63,149 bases of DNA from a virus. Its lineage: Duplodnaviria; Caudoviricetes. A program made the translations under genes and the position numbers. Shown here piece after piece: positions 37,365 through 45,714 of the stretch (position 1 is its first letter; each line of letters begins with the position of its first letter). Below the pieces are notes generated by a model. The model searched no databases and was not told the origin of the DNA. It saw only the letters and a program-made list of their open reading frames with translations. The stretch is from positions 1 to 63,149 of IMG/VR virus record IMGVR_UViG_3300031965_000025, one strand, 5' to 3'.

Positions 37365-38515
37365 GGCGTTTTGCTCACGTCTGCGGTGCCGAGGTACCGG
37401 GTTGGGACTGCGCGCGCACGCAGAAGGCGTAGCGCTGTGGCCTCCTGGCGCGGCTGCGGGGCTTCAGGGTCGCTCTCGGCAACCCACGCGCGCCACAGCG
37501 CGAGCGCGGCTGTCATCGCGGCGCTTGGCGACTCATACCGCAGCGGTAGCTTTTCGCTCGTCTCGGTTCCGTAAAGCCAGACCGACCACCCACGACCACC
37601 CACGTGCTCGACTCGAGCATCGAACAGTGGGCCGCGCTTTACCAGCCACCCGCTTGCAAGGCAATCGTTCTCGTACCTACCGATCTCGGAGCCAAGAAAC
37701 TCGACCTCCCCGAACTGCGACAGGCACGCGCTGACGTCGCCCTCAGACCACGTGCCGAAGGCGACGACGCGGGCTCCTCCAAGCACGTCGCACACGTCGC
37801 GCTTGCCTGCGGGATCCGGCGGCAACCGTTCCTCGAAAATCTCGGAAGGCTGCGCCCCGAACTCGTACGAGACTTTGAACGGCACGCCCGCGAGTTCAGA
37901 CGTCAGCGTGATGGTGTCGGCGATCGGGTGCGTCGCGACGACCGTTGGGTGTGGCATTCTGGCATTGATGAGATCCACCAGGGCGATCGCGGTCGAATCG
38001 GCGTCGGTGGCCATCGTGTGCTCGAATTCGCGCGTCGCCCAGACTGAATCAGACCACGTCGGGTCGTAGCAACTGATGGTGACGCATACCGGCGTGCCAT
38101 ACTCGTACGCCAAGCGCTGGCTATGCTGCACGACCAGTCCGCTGTGAACGCTCGCGGGCGCTTCGCGTGGGTCGGTGTCTTCGATACCGAGCATCGCGGG
38201 CGGTACCGCGCATGCGGTTGCGATCTTCTGGTGAATGCGGGCGTAGGTCTCGGCGAGGGTATCGACAAAATCGCCGCTGCCTCTGAGTCCCGCGCGCGTG
38301 GCCACGTCCGCGGCGCGAACCATCATGGGGGAATGCTGCACGCCCCTGGCGCGGCCGAACTCGGTCGGGCTGCCGTCAGCAAGCACCAGCTCAACACCTT
38401 CGGTGCGCGCCCTGTCAAAGACAGCCCGCCACTCTTCGGGGTCTGGTATGCGCCCATAGATCCGCCTGTAAGCGTCGTAGCCGTGCTCCCAGAGAACTCG
38501 AATATCTAGTTTCAT
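37361..38515 (-). CDS. Chimeric protein containing a copy of a capsid-decoration domain
   Basis: TREFEHTMATDAD...THP.ADT.TLT.E.AGVPF.VSY.FG shared with 28723-29898. Confidence 0.7.
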   Translation of the reverse strand: MKLDIRVLWEHGYDAYRRIYGRIPDPEEWRAVFDRARTEGVELVLADGSPTEFGRARGVQHSPMMVRAADVATRAGLRGSGDFVDTLAETYARIHQKIATACAVPPAMLGIEDTDPREAPASVHSGLVVQHSQRLAYEYGTPVCVTISCYDPTWSDSVWATREFEHTMATDADSTAIALVDLINARMPHPTVVATHPIADTITLTSELAGVPFKVSYEFGAQPSEIFEERLPPDPAGKRDVCDVLGGARVVAFGTWSEGDVSACLSQFGEVEFLGSEIGRYENDCLASGWLVKRGPLFDARVEHVGGRGWSVWLYGTETSEKLPLRYESPSAAMTAALALWRAWVAESDPEAPQPRQEATALRLLRARAVPTRYLGTADVSKTP

Positions 38516-38964
38516 GCCGACACCCACACGGTAGCCTGGCGCCCCGATGACGTCTTTCGACGCTCGCCCGAGTCTTTGACGAGCCCGGCAAGCACAAGCT
38601 CGCGACGTCGCGGCGATACCGTTTGATGCGCCAGGCCGAAAGCCAGCTCGACCTCCTCGTCGGTAGCGCCCGCCGCTGATTTTGCGATGTACACGCGCAC
38701 CGCCTCCTTGAGCGACTGACCGTCAGCCACCTTGTGCGCGGGCTCAACCTCGCCCTCCGCTGTTGGCGTCAACAAATCATACACCGTGACCCCAAGGCCA
38801 TCGGCGAGCCGGTACAGGTTGCCGAGCGTCGGCACGAACGATCCGGTCTCGTATCGGCTGATGTCGGCCGATTGAATTCCGGTCGCCTGGCTCAAGTCGG
38901 TTTGCTTGAGCCCCCGCACCTCGCGCAGCGTTCGGAGTCGTGATTGCAGTGCATCTTGCCACAT
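38512..38964 (-). CDS. XRE HTH fused to a winged-HTH
   Basis: RLRTLREVRGLKQTDLSQATGI...ISRYETG; GATDEEV...HQTVSPRRRELV. Confidence 0.85.
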   Translation of the reverse strand: MWQDALQSRLRTLREVRGLKQTDLSQATGIQSADISRYETGSFVPTLGNLYRLADGLGVTVYDLLTPTAEGEVEPAHKVADGQSLKEAVRVYIAKSAAGATDEEVELAFGLAHQTVSPRRRELVLAGLVKDSGERRKTSSGRQATVWVSA

Positions 38965-38968
38965 TGGG

Positions 38969-39460
38969 TTAGCCTTGGGTTGTTGTGTCGTGCTGGCGGT
39001 CTTGCAGTTCGTTCAGGAAGGCCCAGATTTTCCGAAGGGCTTCCTCCTCGCAATCGTTGAGTCTCGCCTTGAGCTTCGAGCGTATGACGTCGACCGCCGT
39101 CTTTGCGCCGAAGTCGATCGCCACCTGGCGCCCCGGCTCCACCCACACCCAGACGACGGCATTACGCCCAGAATCGGTTTTGCGGGTCTGGCCGGAGTCT
39201 ACCACCTCACCGAGCAGCACAAGCTCCCTGCGTCGCGGTGAGGCTGTCTGGTGACGCAGCTCCAGGGCGTTCTCGATCTGTTGATCCGTTGCGCCGAAGG
39301 TGCCGCAGCTCTTGATGTAGGTCCGCACTGCGTCTTGCAGGGTCGGGCGCGCGGAGCTGATCGAGCTGGCCGCGGCCTCGCTCGTCTCGCTTGTGGCGAC
39401 GTGCGGCGCCTTTCCGCCGTAGGGGATATAGGTCTTCACGACGACACCACGACGACACAC
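38969..39460 (-). CDS. Winged-HTH protein, paralog of the adjacent gene's C-terminal domain
   Basis: GATDQQIE...HQTASPRRRELV...DSG.TRKT.SGR.A.VW. Confidence 0.75.
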   Translation of the reverse strand: MCRRGVVVKTYIPYGGKAPHVATSETSEAAASSISSARPTLQDAVRTYIKSCGTFGATDQQIENALELRHQTASPRRRELVLLGEVVDSGQTRKTDSGRNAVVWVWVEPGRQVAIDFGAKTAVDVIRSKLKARLNDCEEEALRKIWAFLNELQDRQHDTTTQG

Positions 39461-39876
39461 GACTTGCGGCTTTCGCGCCAGGCTTTCGCAGGGCCTTCGT
39501 GAACGCTGTCGAGCCAGCTTTCGGTGATGGCCTTCGCGCGCTCGATCGCATCATCGCCGCGAAGCCACTCGGTGTAGCGAACCGCGGTGCGATGGAGATC
39601 GCGATACGTCACGTTGCAGTCGAGCACGAGCCCGCCCGAGGCGTGCGCATCGAGCGTCACGTCGATGCCGTGCCACTGGTCGCGGTAGTAATCGCTCGTC
39701 CATTCCTCGTACACCATCGCGACGGTGCACCCGCCCCGATACACGGGCGTGTACGTCGCGCCCCTGAGCGCCTTCTCGTCAGCCACGGGGGGCTCCGCGA
39801 GCTGAACCCATGCGCCCTGATTGGCTCGGGCGCTGTACGGTGCCCCTTTGGGCGTGATGATCGTTTTGAGCTTCAT
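39436..39876 (-). CDS. Hypothetical protein
   Basis: GAGGAG SD before MKLKTII. Confidence 0.65.
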   Translation of the reverse strand: MKLKTIITPKGAPYSARANQGAWVQLAEPPVADEKALRGATYTPVYRGGCTVAMVYEEWTSDYYRDQWHGIDVTLDAHASGGLVLDCNVTYRDLHRTAVRYTEWLRGDDAIERAKAITESWLDSVHEGPAKAWRESRKSCVVVVSS

Positions 39877-39886
39877 GGCTGGCTCC

Positions 39887-40225
39887 TCAGAACGGAAGGT
39901 CGGCATCGCCGAAATTCTGGTCCATGCCAACGGGCGCCTTGCAGATCATCGAAGGCGCGGGCGAGGTGACGACCAGCTCGATCACGTGCTGCGCCTCCCA
40001 CCCGTAGTACGCGCAGGCCCGACAGGGGCCCATCGAGCTGTCATCGCCGCAGATCGGGCACTCGAAGCGCCCGAGCGCCCAGCTCTGAATCTGCACCTCG
40101 GCCTTGACGGCGACCTCGGCGAGCAGATCCGAGGCCGGCTCGGAAAGCCGAGCCACCGAGCGAATTAGTGATTGCGCCTCGAAGGCGTCCATCGCCAGGG
40201 CACGAATGTCTTTGGGAATCTCCAT
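39887..40225 (-). CDS. Hypothetical Zn-finger protein
   Basis: Follows cassette E3; CPIC..CRAC. Confidence 0.7.
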   Translation of the reverse strand: MEIPKDIRALAMDAFEAQSLIRSVARLSEPASDLLAEVAVKAEVQIQSWALGRFECPICGDDSSMGPCRACAYYGWEAQHVIELVVTSPAPSMICKAPVGMDQNFGDADLPF

Positions 40226-40300
40226 CTTCGTTCTCCTTCGCGGCCCGGTCATCGGGCCCACGCTCATCACGCTACAGACCTACTTTGTGGTTGTCAACAA
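40223..40300 (-). promoter_or_regulatory. Cassette E3
   Basis: TTGACA-N17-TAGCGT, GGCCCGATGACCGGGCC, AGGAGA, ATG. Confidence 0.9.
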
Positions 40301-40918
40301 ACTACCGAGCTGGAGCGTCATCACTTCTACGATCCGCTCCTTGGGCAACCCGGAGGCCACCGCGTACGCGATCGCGCGCTCAAGCCCGGCCACCGCCTCC
40401 GCGGGCTCCTCGACATCATCGAGAATCGTGGCAGCGGTGCCGAGGTGCTCAACGACCGACTGCGCCATCACGATCGGGAGATCGACTTCGAGCACGGGCC
40501 ACACGTCGACGTTTTGCTGCGTGTCGAATACTGCGGGGTACCTGGCGCTACCCCCGCGGGCTGGAAACTCGCCCTCGACGCACGCAACGCCATCGTCGAG
40601 ACGCACGATCCAGTCTCGCTGCCCGCGGTGCGCGAGCGTGGCGTTGCCAGCCACGAGGTGGCTCTCCGACGTCGCGCGGGAGCGCGTCATGCTGTCGCTG
40701 AAGTCGATCCGAACCGTGACCATGACGGGCGCGTTGTCGCCGTCTGTGCCGTAGATCGCGATGCACGCCTTACGTAGCCGCGCCGCGTGCTTGGGGTCGA
40801 ACACCCAGACCCCGAGCCCGGCATTCCATCGGCCGAAATTGCGAACGCGCTTCACGAACTTCGCGCTGTACGGCGACGCGCACCGCAGCTCGCCGTCGAC
40901 TTCTGTGATCGTGACCAT
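40280..40918 (-). CDS. Conserved phage hypothetical protein
   Basis: SPYSAKFVKRVR..GRWN...WVFD...IYGTDG. Confidence 0.7.
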   Translation of the reverse strand: MVTITEVDGELRCASPYSAKFVKRVRNFGRWNAGLGVWVFDPKHAARLRKACIAIYGTDGDNAPVMVTVRIDFSDSMTRSRATSESHLVAGNATLAHRGQRDWIVRLDDGVACVEGEFPARGGSARYPAVFDTQQNVDVWPVLEVDLPIVMAQSVVEHLGTAATILDDVEEPAEAVAGLERAIAYAVASGLPKERIVEVMTLQLGSLLTTTK

Positions 40919-40921
40919 GCC

Positions 40922-41700
40922 TCACCTCCCTTTGATGTAGCGCGACCAGTCGATGATCTGCGCCTCGCTTGCGTTGATGGGTTGCCCCATGCTCTCGGCA
41001 CGTGCTCGATCGAGTACGTACATATGCGCCTTGTGCTCGCCGAGATCGATCGCGCGGCGGCGGTAGAACGTCGGGTGCCCCTCGAGCTGATCGATCAGCT
41101 CGAGCTGCTCGGGCGTGACTTCGTACACTTCGCCGAACACCTGGCGCGCACCGCCCTCGACCAACGCCGGGAACGCCCCCAGATCGAAGAGGTCGAAGCT
41201 CGGGCTTGTGAGTGCAGGCCCAACCCACGTCGCGCCTTTGAGGTGGCGGTGATTGCCGAGCCCGTGCATGAGGGAGCCGTAAACGAACAGCCTGTCAGAG
41301 CCAGCGTGCGCGACGCTGAGCGCCTCCGCGGCCTCGCCCATATCGAACGCCTCGTAACCCCGCACGAGCGCCTCCACGTACCGCCTGGTCGGTAGGGCGT
41401 CGTACGTGTCACTGACCTTGATGTAGGTCTCGCACCGAAGGTTGAGAAAGGGGTCGCCCTGCACCCAGCCGAGCCGGTCGTGGTCGAGCTGCACGTCGAC
41501 TCCGATCCGCTGGTAGGCGTAGGGGTGGCCCTCGTATCGATCCATCGCCTCGAAGTCGACGTTACGCCACACGACGCCCGCAACGACCCCGTTGGCCACG
41601 CGGCGCACGGTTGCGACCCCACCGCCCCACGTCGCGGAGTCCCCGACAAACGCCAGCTCGTACCCTTCGAGGGTTGCAGTGCCTACGAATTGCGAGCGTT
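40922..41700 (-). pseudogene. Tandem gamma-glutamylcyclotransferase (AIG2-like) domains, 5'-truncated
   Basis: MDRYEGHP and LFVYGSLMHG..IDQLEGHPTFYRR; first domain lacks YFAYGSN and has no good start. Confidence 0.75.
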
Positions 41701-42471
41701 GCCATTGCGGTACCACAGGTTATGCAGGTTGAGCGCGCGGTATCGGGTGTGACTGTAATGAAAGCGCGCCTCACCGTGCCACTGAGAGGCGCAGTACCAA
41801 GCACGAGCGACCCCGTCGTGGTCGGGCGTTTCTGCGTCGAGCCTGGCGACGAATTCACCGTCAACCTTCTTGCACCACGAATTGGCGCGACGGTCGGCGA
41901 CCGCGAAGGCGCGGAACGCGAGGTCTTCGGTCGCCTTCATGTTTTTGACGAGTCGAACGAGCGCTTTCGCGTCGAGCCCCGCCGCGCCTACATGCACGTG
42001 CATTCCGCAGCTTTCGTTGGTGCGCGCGCCAGCCATGCGAAGCGCGCGAACGACGGTCTGCAGCGTCTCGATCTCGTCGAAGCGAAGCGGCGGGGTCACG
42101 ATCTCGGCGCCCTCGCCGATCGGTGCCTGAATGCTCGCGTCGCTCATCACCTTCCACGCGCGCCCCTCGCTGTCGATGGCGGCCCACACGTCGTAATAGG
42201 TGCCCTGAAACTCAACCCGGTTCGTTCCGAGCGCCTCCGCTACCACCGTAGCGGCCTGGCGACGCGTGAGCCCGTAGGTCTCGATCTCGACCCCGAACGT
42301 GAGCGCCTCCGCTTCGCGACGAATCGTGCGCGTCGCGTTGTCGAGGTCGCGGCATGCCTTGCACTGCCCCCACACCTTCACGGTGCCGTTCAGGTAGTGG
42401 CGATAGCCGAACACGTTCGCGATCTGGTCGTCGTCGGTAGCGGTGACTTGGCAGGTCGAGCAGGTAGGCAT
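41683..42471 (-). pseudogene. Amidoligase-2 (COOH-NH2 ligase) family gene, 3'-truncated
   Basis: TFGVEIE, DASI, EIVTPPL, SCGMHVHV, RYRALNL; ends before the expected T(V/I)EFR motif. Confidence 0.8.
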
Positions 42472-42548
42472 TTTCGTTCTCCGAAGGTTGGCCCCTCATG
42501 GGGCGTCTTGGTCATGAATCTACAGACTGCGATTGTTGGAGTCAACAA
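42469..42548 (-). promoter_or_regulatory. Cassette E4
   Basis: TTGACT-N17-TAGATT, GCCCCATGAGGGGC, GGAGA, ATG. Confidence 0.85.
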
Positions 42549-42553
42549 TTGTT

Positions 42554-42760
42554 TCAGGCGATTTTCAGGTACTCGGCCTCAACTGCGTCGTACCGCTCCA
42601 GGGCGCTGGCCGCGATGGCCTCTCGCCCGAGGTCAATGGCGCGGAGGTAGAGCTTCCACAGTCGCTTGCTTTCGGCGGCCAGCTCCAGAATGCGCTTGTG
42701 GTTCAGCAAGCGGTCGATCTGCTCGTCAGTAAGATTCGTGATGTCGGTAAGGTTCGTCAT
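42554..42760 (-). CDS. Small helical protein bracketed by cassettes E5 and E4
   Basis: ATG follows the cassette SD. Confidence 0.75.
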   Translation of the reverse strand: MTNLTDITNLTDEQIDRLLNHKRILELAAESKRLWKLYLRAIDLGREAIAASALERYDAVEAEYLKIA

Positions 42761-42838
42761 TGTGTTCTCCTTGTGGTGGGCCCCGTCATGGGGCCGACTT
42801 CCACCACGCTAACAGACCTCGATTGTTGGAGTCAACAA
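42758..42838 (-). promoter_or_regulatory. Cassette E5
   Basis: TTGACT-N18-TAGCGT, GGCCCCATGACGGGGCC, AGGAGA, ATG. Confidence 0.88.
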
Positions 42839-42885
42839 TATTTCTTCGGGCGCGTTTCGCGGCGGCAGATTGCCCGAAAGGCGCT

Positions 42886-43212
42886 GTTCAGTGGTGCACA
42901 CGTGTTCAGTGGGAAAAATAGTTTGTCGTGCCACCCGAGCCCCGCATAGAAAGCCACGCAAACGCAGTACCCCGGATTTGACAGGGCTCCCCGCCAGTAA
43001 CCACGCCACTTTCCGAGGTCGCCCAAAGTCGAATGCGGGGGAGCGCCTATACCCGATCTCGCAAACCCGCACAGAATGCGGGGCTCCGATGGCGACCGAC
43101 GGAGAGGCGAAGATCGCCATGCCCCAATACCAGCGCTCATGTTGGTTCCAACAAGCGCGAGCGGCCCGTAGAATCGTTCTCAGGGCCTATCGAAATAGGC
43201 GCGGTGTTCAGT
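42886..43212. repeat. ~330-bp non-coding inverted repeat, copy B
   Basis: Reverse complement of 8533-8859. Confidence 0.95.
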
Positions 43213-43373
43213 ACCGCGATCTGGGCTCACTGGTCCGCGCGCCGATCGGGTGGCTGGTCGGAGGCGCGCGCGCGATCGGTGCGCCGTGTGTGTGCGTGTG
43301 CGAGCGTGTAGGTGGGGGTGGTCGATGGCGTGTCGGGCGACCACAAAGTGAGCGGTTGTGGTTTCGGGTGCTC

Positions 43374-44033
43374 CTATGTAGGCAAACGTAGCCGACCCTG
43401 CGACGCACACCCACGGTGTAGGTTGGTGTCGCCGTCTGTAGGTCGCGGTAGTCGAATGGAGGTGCCTTCGTGCCGAGGTAGGCACAGGTAGGATAGGAGG
43501 CCGCGGGACCGGATCATCGACTCAAGGCTCTGGTACCTCTGTCGGTCGCGATACTCAAGGCTCTGGTACCTCTGTCGGTCGCGATGCAGGGCGATGTCGT
43601 ACCCTGTCGCATACGCGAACTCATCGCCCTTCGAGAACTCGACCCATCGCAACGGGTAGTCACGACCGAACCTCGGGGTGTTGAGGAGCAACGCGCCCTG
43701 CTCGTCGGGGTCGAGCGCCAGGGCCTCCACCCTGCAAAGGTGCAGCCCGCAGCGGTACGCCTTCTCCGCTTTCGCGAGCGACTTCGTACCGCCTTCGTGG
43801 TGGACGCGGATCGGGCCGATAGCCACCTCGGCCGCGCGGCGCAGAAACCCCGTGAGCTGGCGAACACCCTGCGAGCGCCCGTAAACCCAGATCGACGCCG
43901 ACCCAAGCCAATCGGCCACCTGGAGGCAGTCGATGATCCATTCCAGGTTCGGGTCTAGCTCGTCGCGGCGCCACAGCGGATCGAGCAACTCGGCGATCTC
44001 AAGCCTGTGTTCGGTGTCGAGCGGCTGGCTCAC
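43374..44033 (-). CDS. Hypothetical protein
   Basis: GTGA-coupled ORF containing an 11-aa duplication. Confidence 0.55.
   Translation of the reverse strand: MSQPLDTEHRLEIAELLDPLWRRDELDPNLEWIIDCLQVADWLGSASIWVYGRSQGVRQLTGFLRRAAEVAIGPIRVHHEGGTKSLAKAEKAYRCGLHLCRVEALALDPDEQGALLLNTPRFGRDYPLRWVEFSKGDEFAYATGYDIALHRDRQRYQSLEYRDRQRYQSLESMIRSRGLLSYLCLPRHEGTSIRLPRPTDGDTNLHRGCASQGRLRLPT
43520..43585. repeat. Perfect 33-bp tandem duplication
   Basis: ACTCAAGGCTCTGGTACCTCTGTCGGTCGCGAT x2. Confidence 0.95.
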
Positions 44034-44254
44034 TTCGGCGCGAGCAGCGCGCGGACCGCGGCGTCCTTTGCTTCCATGAGGTGCTCCAGCGCCTTCACCA
44101 ACGACGGGTTGACGGGTAGCGTCTCGACCATCCGGTGCGCCAGCTCACAGAAGGGCCGCGAAACCGCGGCGAGGTGCTCAGGGAGGTGCGCGTGGGTAAA
44201 GAAGCCAAGCCAGTGCCCGACCTCGCGATCCCATTGCGTTCTTTCGTCTGCCAT
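44030..44254 (-). CDS. Conserved small helical-hairpin phage protein
   Basis: FFTHAHLPEHL..VSRPFCELA...LMEAKDAAVRA. Confidence 0.75.
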   Translation of the reverse strand: MADERTQWDREVGHWLGFFTHAHLPEHLAAVSRPFCELAHRMVETLPVNPSLVKALEHLMEAKDAAVRALLAPK

Positions 44255-44270
44255 CTTTTTGCCCCTTCGC

Positions 44271-44348
44271 TTGTTGACTCCAACAATGGAGGTTGTTAGG
44301 GTGTTGAGAGTCGGCCCCATGACGGGCCCCACCAAGGAGAGCATCATG
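44271..44348 (+). promoter_or_regulatory. Cassette E6
   Basis: TTGACT-N17-TAGGGT, GGCCCCATGACGGGCC, AGGAGA, ATG. Confidence 0.88.
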
Positions 44349-44642
44349 AGCAACGCATTCAAGATCCGCAACCGCATCGCCGCCGCGTGCGCCGTTTCCG
44401 AGGAGCCCGCAGCGGGCGAGAGCCGAGAGGCGTGGCAAGCGCGCGTTGACGAGTACAGCCGCAAGCTCGAGGAGCAGGCCGCGCGCGTGCGCGAAGCTCA
44501 ACGCCGCGAGTGGGCTTCGCGCGTCGACGTCATCGCCGAGAGCCAGACCCGCCGCGCAACGCGCCCGGAAAAGGATCTGAGCCCCGCGGTTGTCGAGGCC
44601 CGACAGCTCGCCGATCAATTTCCCATTCTCTTCGAGGGCTGA
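44346..44642 (+). CDS. Hypothetical protein
   Basis: ATG follows cassette E6. Confidence 0.7.
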   Translation: MSNAFKIRNRIAAACAVSEEPAAGESREAWQARVDEYSRKLEEQAARVREAQRREWASRVDVIAESQTRRATRPEKDLSPAVVEARQLADQFPILFEG

Positions 44643-44645
44643 ACC

Positions 44646-44981
44646 ATGGCGACGACAACGGCTGCACTTGCCGAGCACGGCATGATCATGAGGCAAACCA
44701 GAAACCCCACCCGTGGGGTGTTCTACACGACGTGCGCGAAGTCGACGGGCTCGACTCCCGAAGCGCAAGCCCAGCACTACATCAATCAGCTCGGGCGCAA
44801 GAAGCGCAAGCTCACAGGGCGCGAGCAGTGGATCGAGCGCATGCTCCTCGACGGGTGGGTTCCGATGTATCGGTGTCGTCGGTACATCGACAGAGAGGGC
44901 AAGCGGTGCGAGGCGTCGGAGCTGACGGCTGCACCGCCTGGCTATCTCTTCCGCATCGTCAAGAACAAGCCGGGGTATTGA
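44646..44981 (+). CDS. Hypothetical protein
   Basis: Tightly packed ORF in the E6 unit. Confidence 0.7.
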   Translation: MATTTAALAEHGMIMRQTRNPTRGVFYTTCAKSTGSTPEAQAQHYINQLGRKKRKLTGREQWIERMLLDGWVPMYRCRRYIDREGKRCEASELTAAPPGYLFRIVKNKPGY

Positions 44982-44982
44982 A

Positions 44983-45186
44983 ATGGCAACGACAACGATG
45001 AAGGTCGGAAAGGACCTGTATTGCGCGCACGCGTGGGTCGACGAAGACGGGCGACACGTCGAAGTCGAAACATGGCGCGTTCGAACCATTCGGCGGCGGC
45101 CAATTCTTCGATACCACGACGTACATGCAGGGCCGCGGCACGAACCAGCGGACGGACTACAGGCCCCGCCTGCGCCGCTTCGCTGA
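44983..45186 (+). CDS. Hypothetical protein, possibly truncated
   Basis: Tightly packed ORF. Confidence 0.5.
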   Translation: MATTTMKVGKDLYCAHAWVDEDGRHVEVETWRVRTIRRRPILRYHDVHAGPRHEPADGLQAPPAPLR

Positions 45187-45258
45187 ACGGCGCCCCTGGC
45201 TGACGCAGGACGAACGAGACGCGCTGTGCTACTACTGATCCGGGTTCCGACCTCTCAC

Positions 45259-45337
45259 TTGTTGACAACCACAATTGAGAGTGTTACCTTCTGAGCGTGA
45301 GGCCCGATGACCGGGCCCGAAAGGAGAGCACCCCATG
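45259..45337 (+). promoter_or_regulatory. Cassette E7
   Basis: ~70 bp identical to E1. Confidence 0.9.
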
Positions 45338-45529
45338 AAAGACCGCTACGCACTGACGATCGCCGACGAGACCTCCAACAAGCGCACGTGCGACGGGCGC
45401 CGCGTCACGACGCTGTACTACTCGGAGCGTCGCGCTGCCGAGAATGCTTGGAATGCCTACGGCAACCGCCCTTGGGCCCAGCTTGTCGATCGCTACTTCG
45501 ACTTCACCATTCGTTTTCGCAACGTCTGA
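45335..45529 (+). CDS. Hypothetical protein
   Basis: ATG follows cassette E7. Confidence 0.7.
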   Translation: MKDRYALTIADETSNKRTCDGRRVTTLYYSERRAAENAWNAYGNRPWAQLVDRYFDFTIRFRNV

Positions 45530-45714
45530 TGTCTTGGTTCTGCCCCGATTGCGACGCGGCGCACCCCACCCCGAGCGATACGGCTCGACGCTGCGAAGCT
45601 TGTGAGGTGCGACAGGAACTTGACGCGGCCCGATGCGAGATCGCGGATCTAAGGCGCGAGATCGCGGAGTTGCGCGCGCGGCTAGCGAAATTCGACGCAG
45701 GGCTAGACGACTAG
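45529..45714 (+). CDS. Small Zn-finger/coiled-coil protein
   Basis: TGATG coupling; CPDC..CEAC. Confidence 0.65.
   Translation: MSWFCPDCDAAHPTPSDTARRCEACEVRQELDAARCEIADLRREIAELRARLAKFDAGLDD

Noticed and set aside
29105-38070. Duplicated domain as a DGR template/variable repeat pair
   Set aside because: No reverse transcriptase gene is evident and the differences are not adenine-specific.
43520-43585. 33-bp repeats as a mini-CRISPR
   Set aside because: The copies are directly adjacent with no spacer, in frame within a CDS, and there are no cas genes.
45096-45136. Possible further micro-inversion between GCGGCC/GGCCGC
   Set aside because: Re-inversion keeps the frame, but I have no family motif to show which orientation is ancestral.
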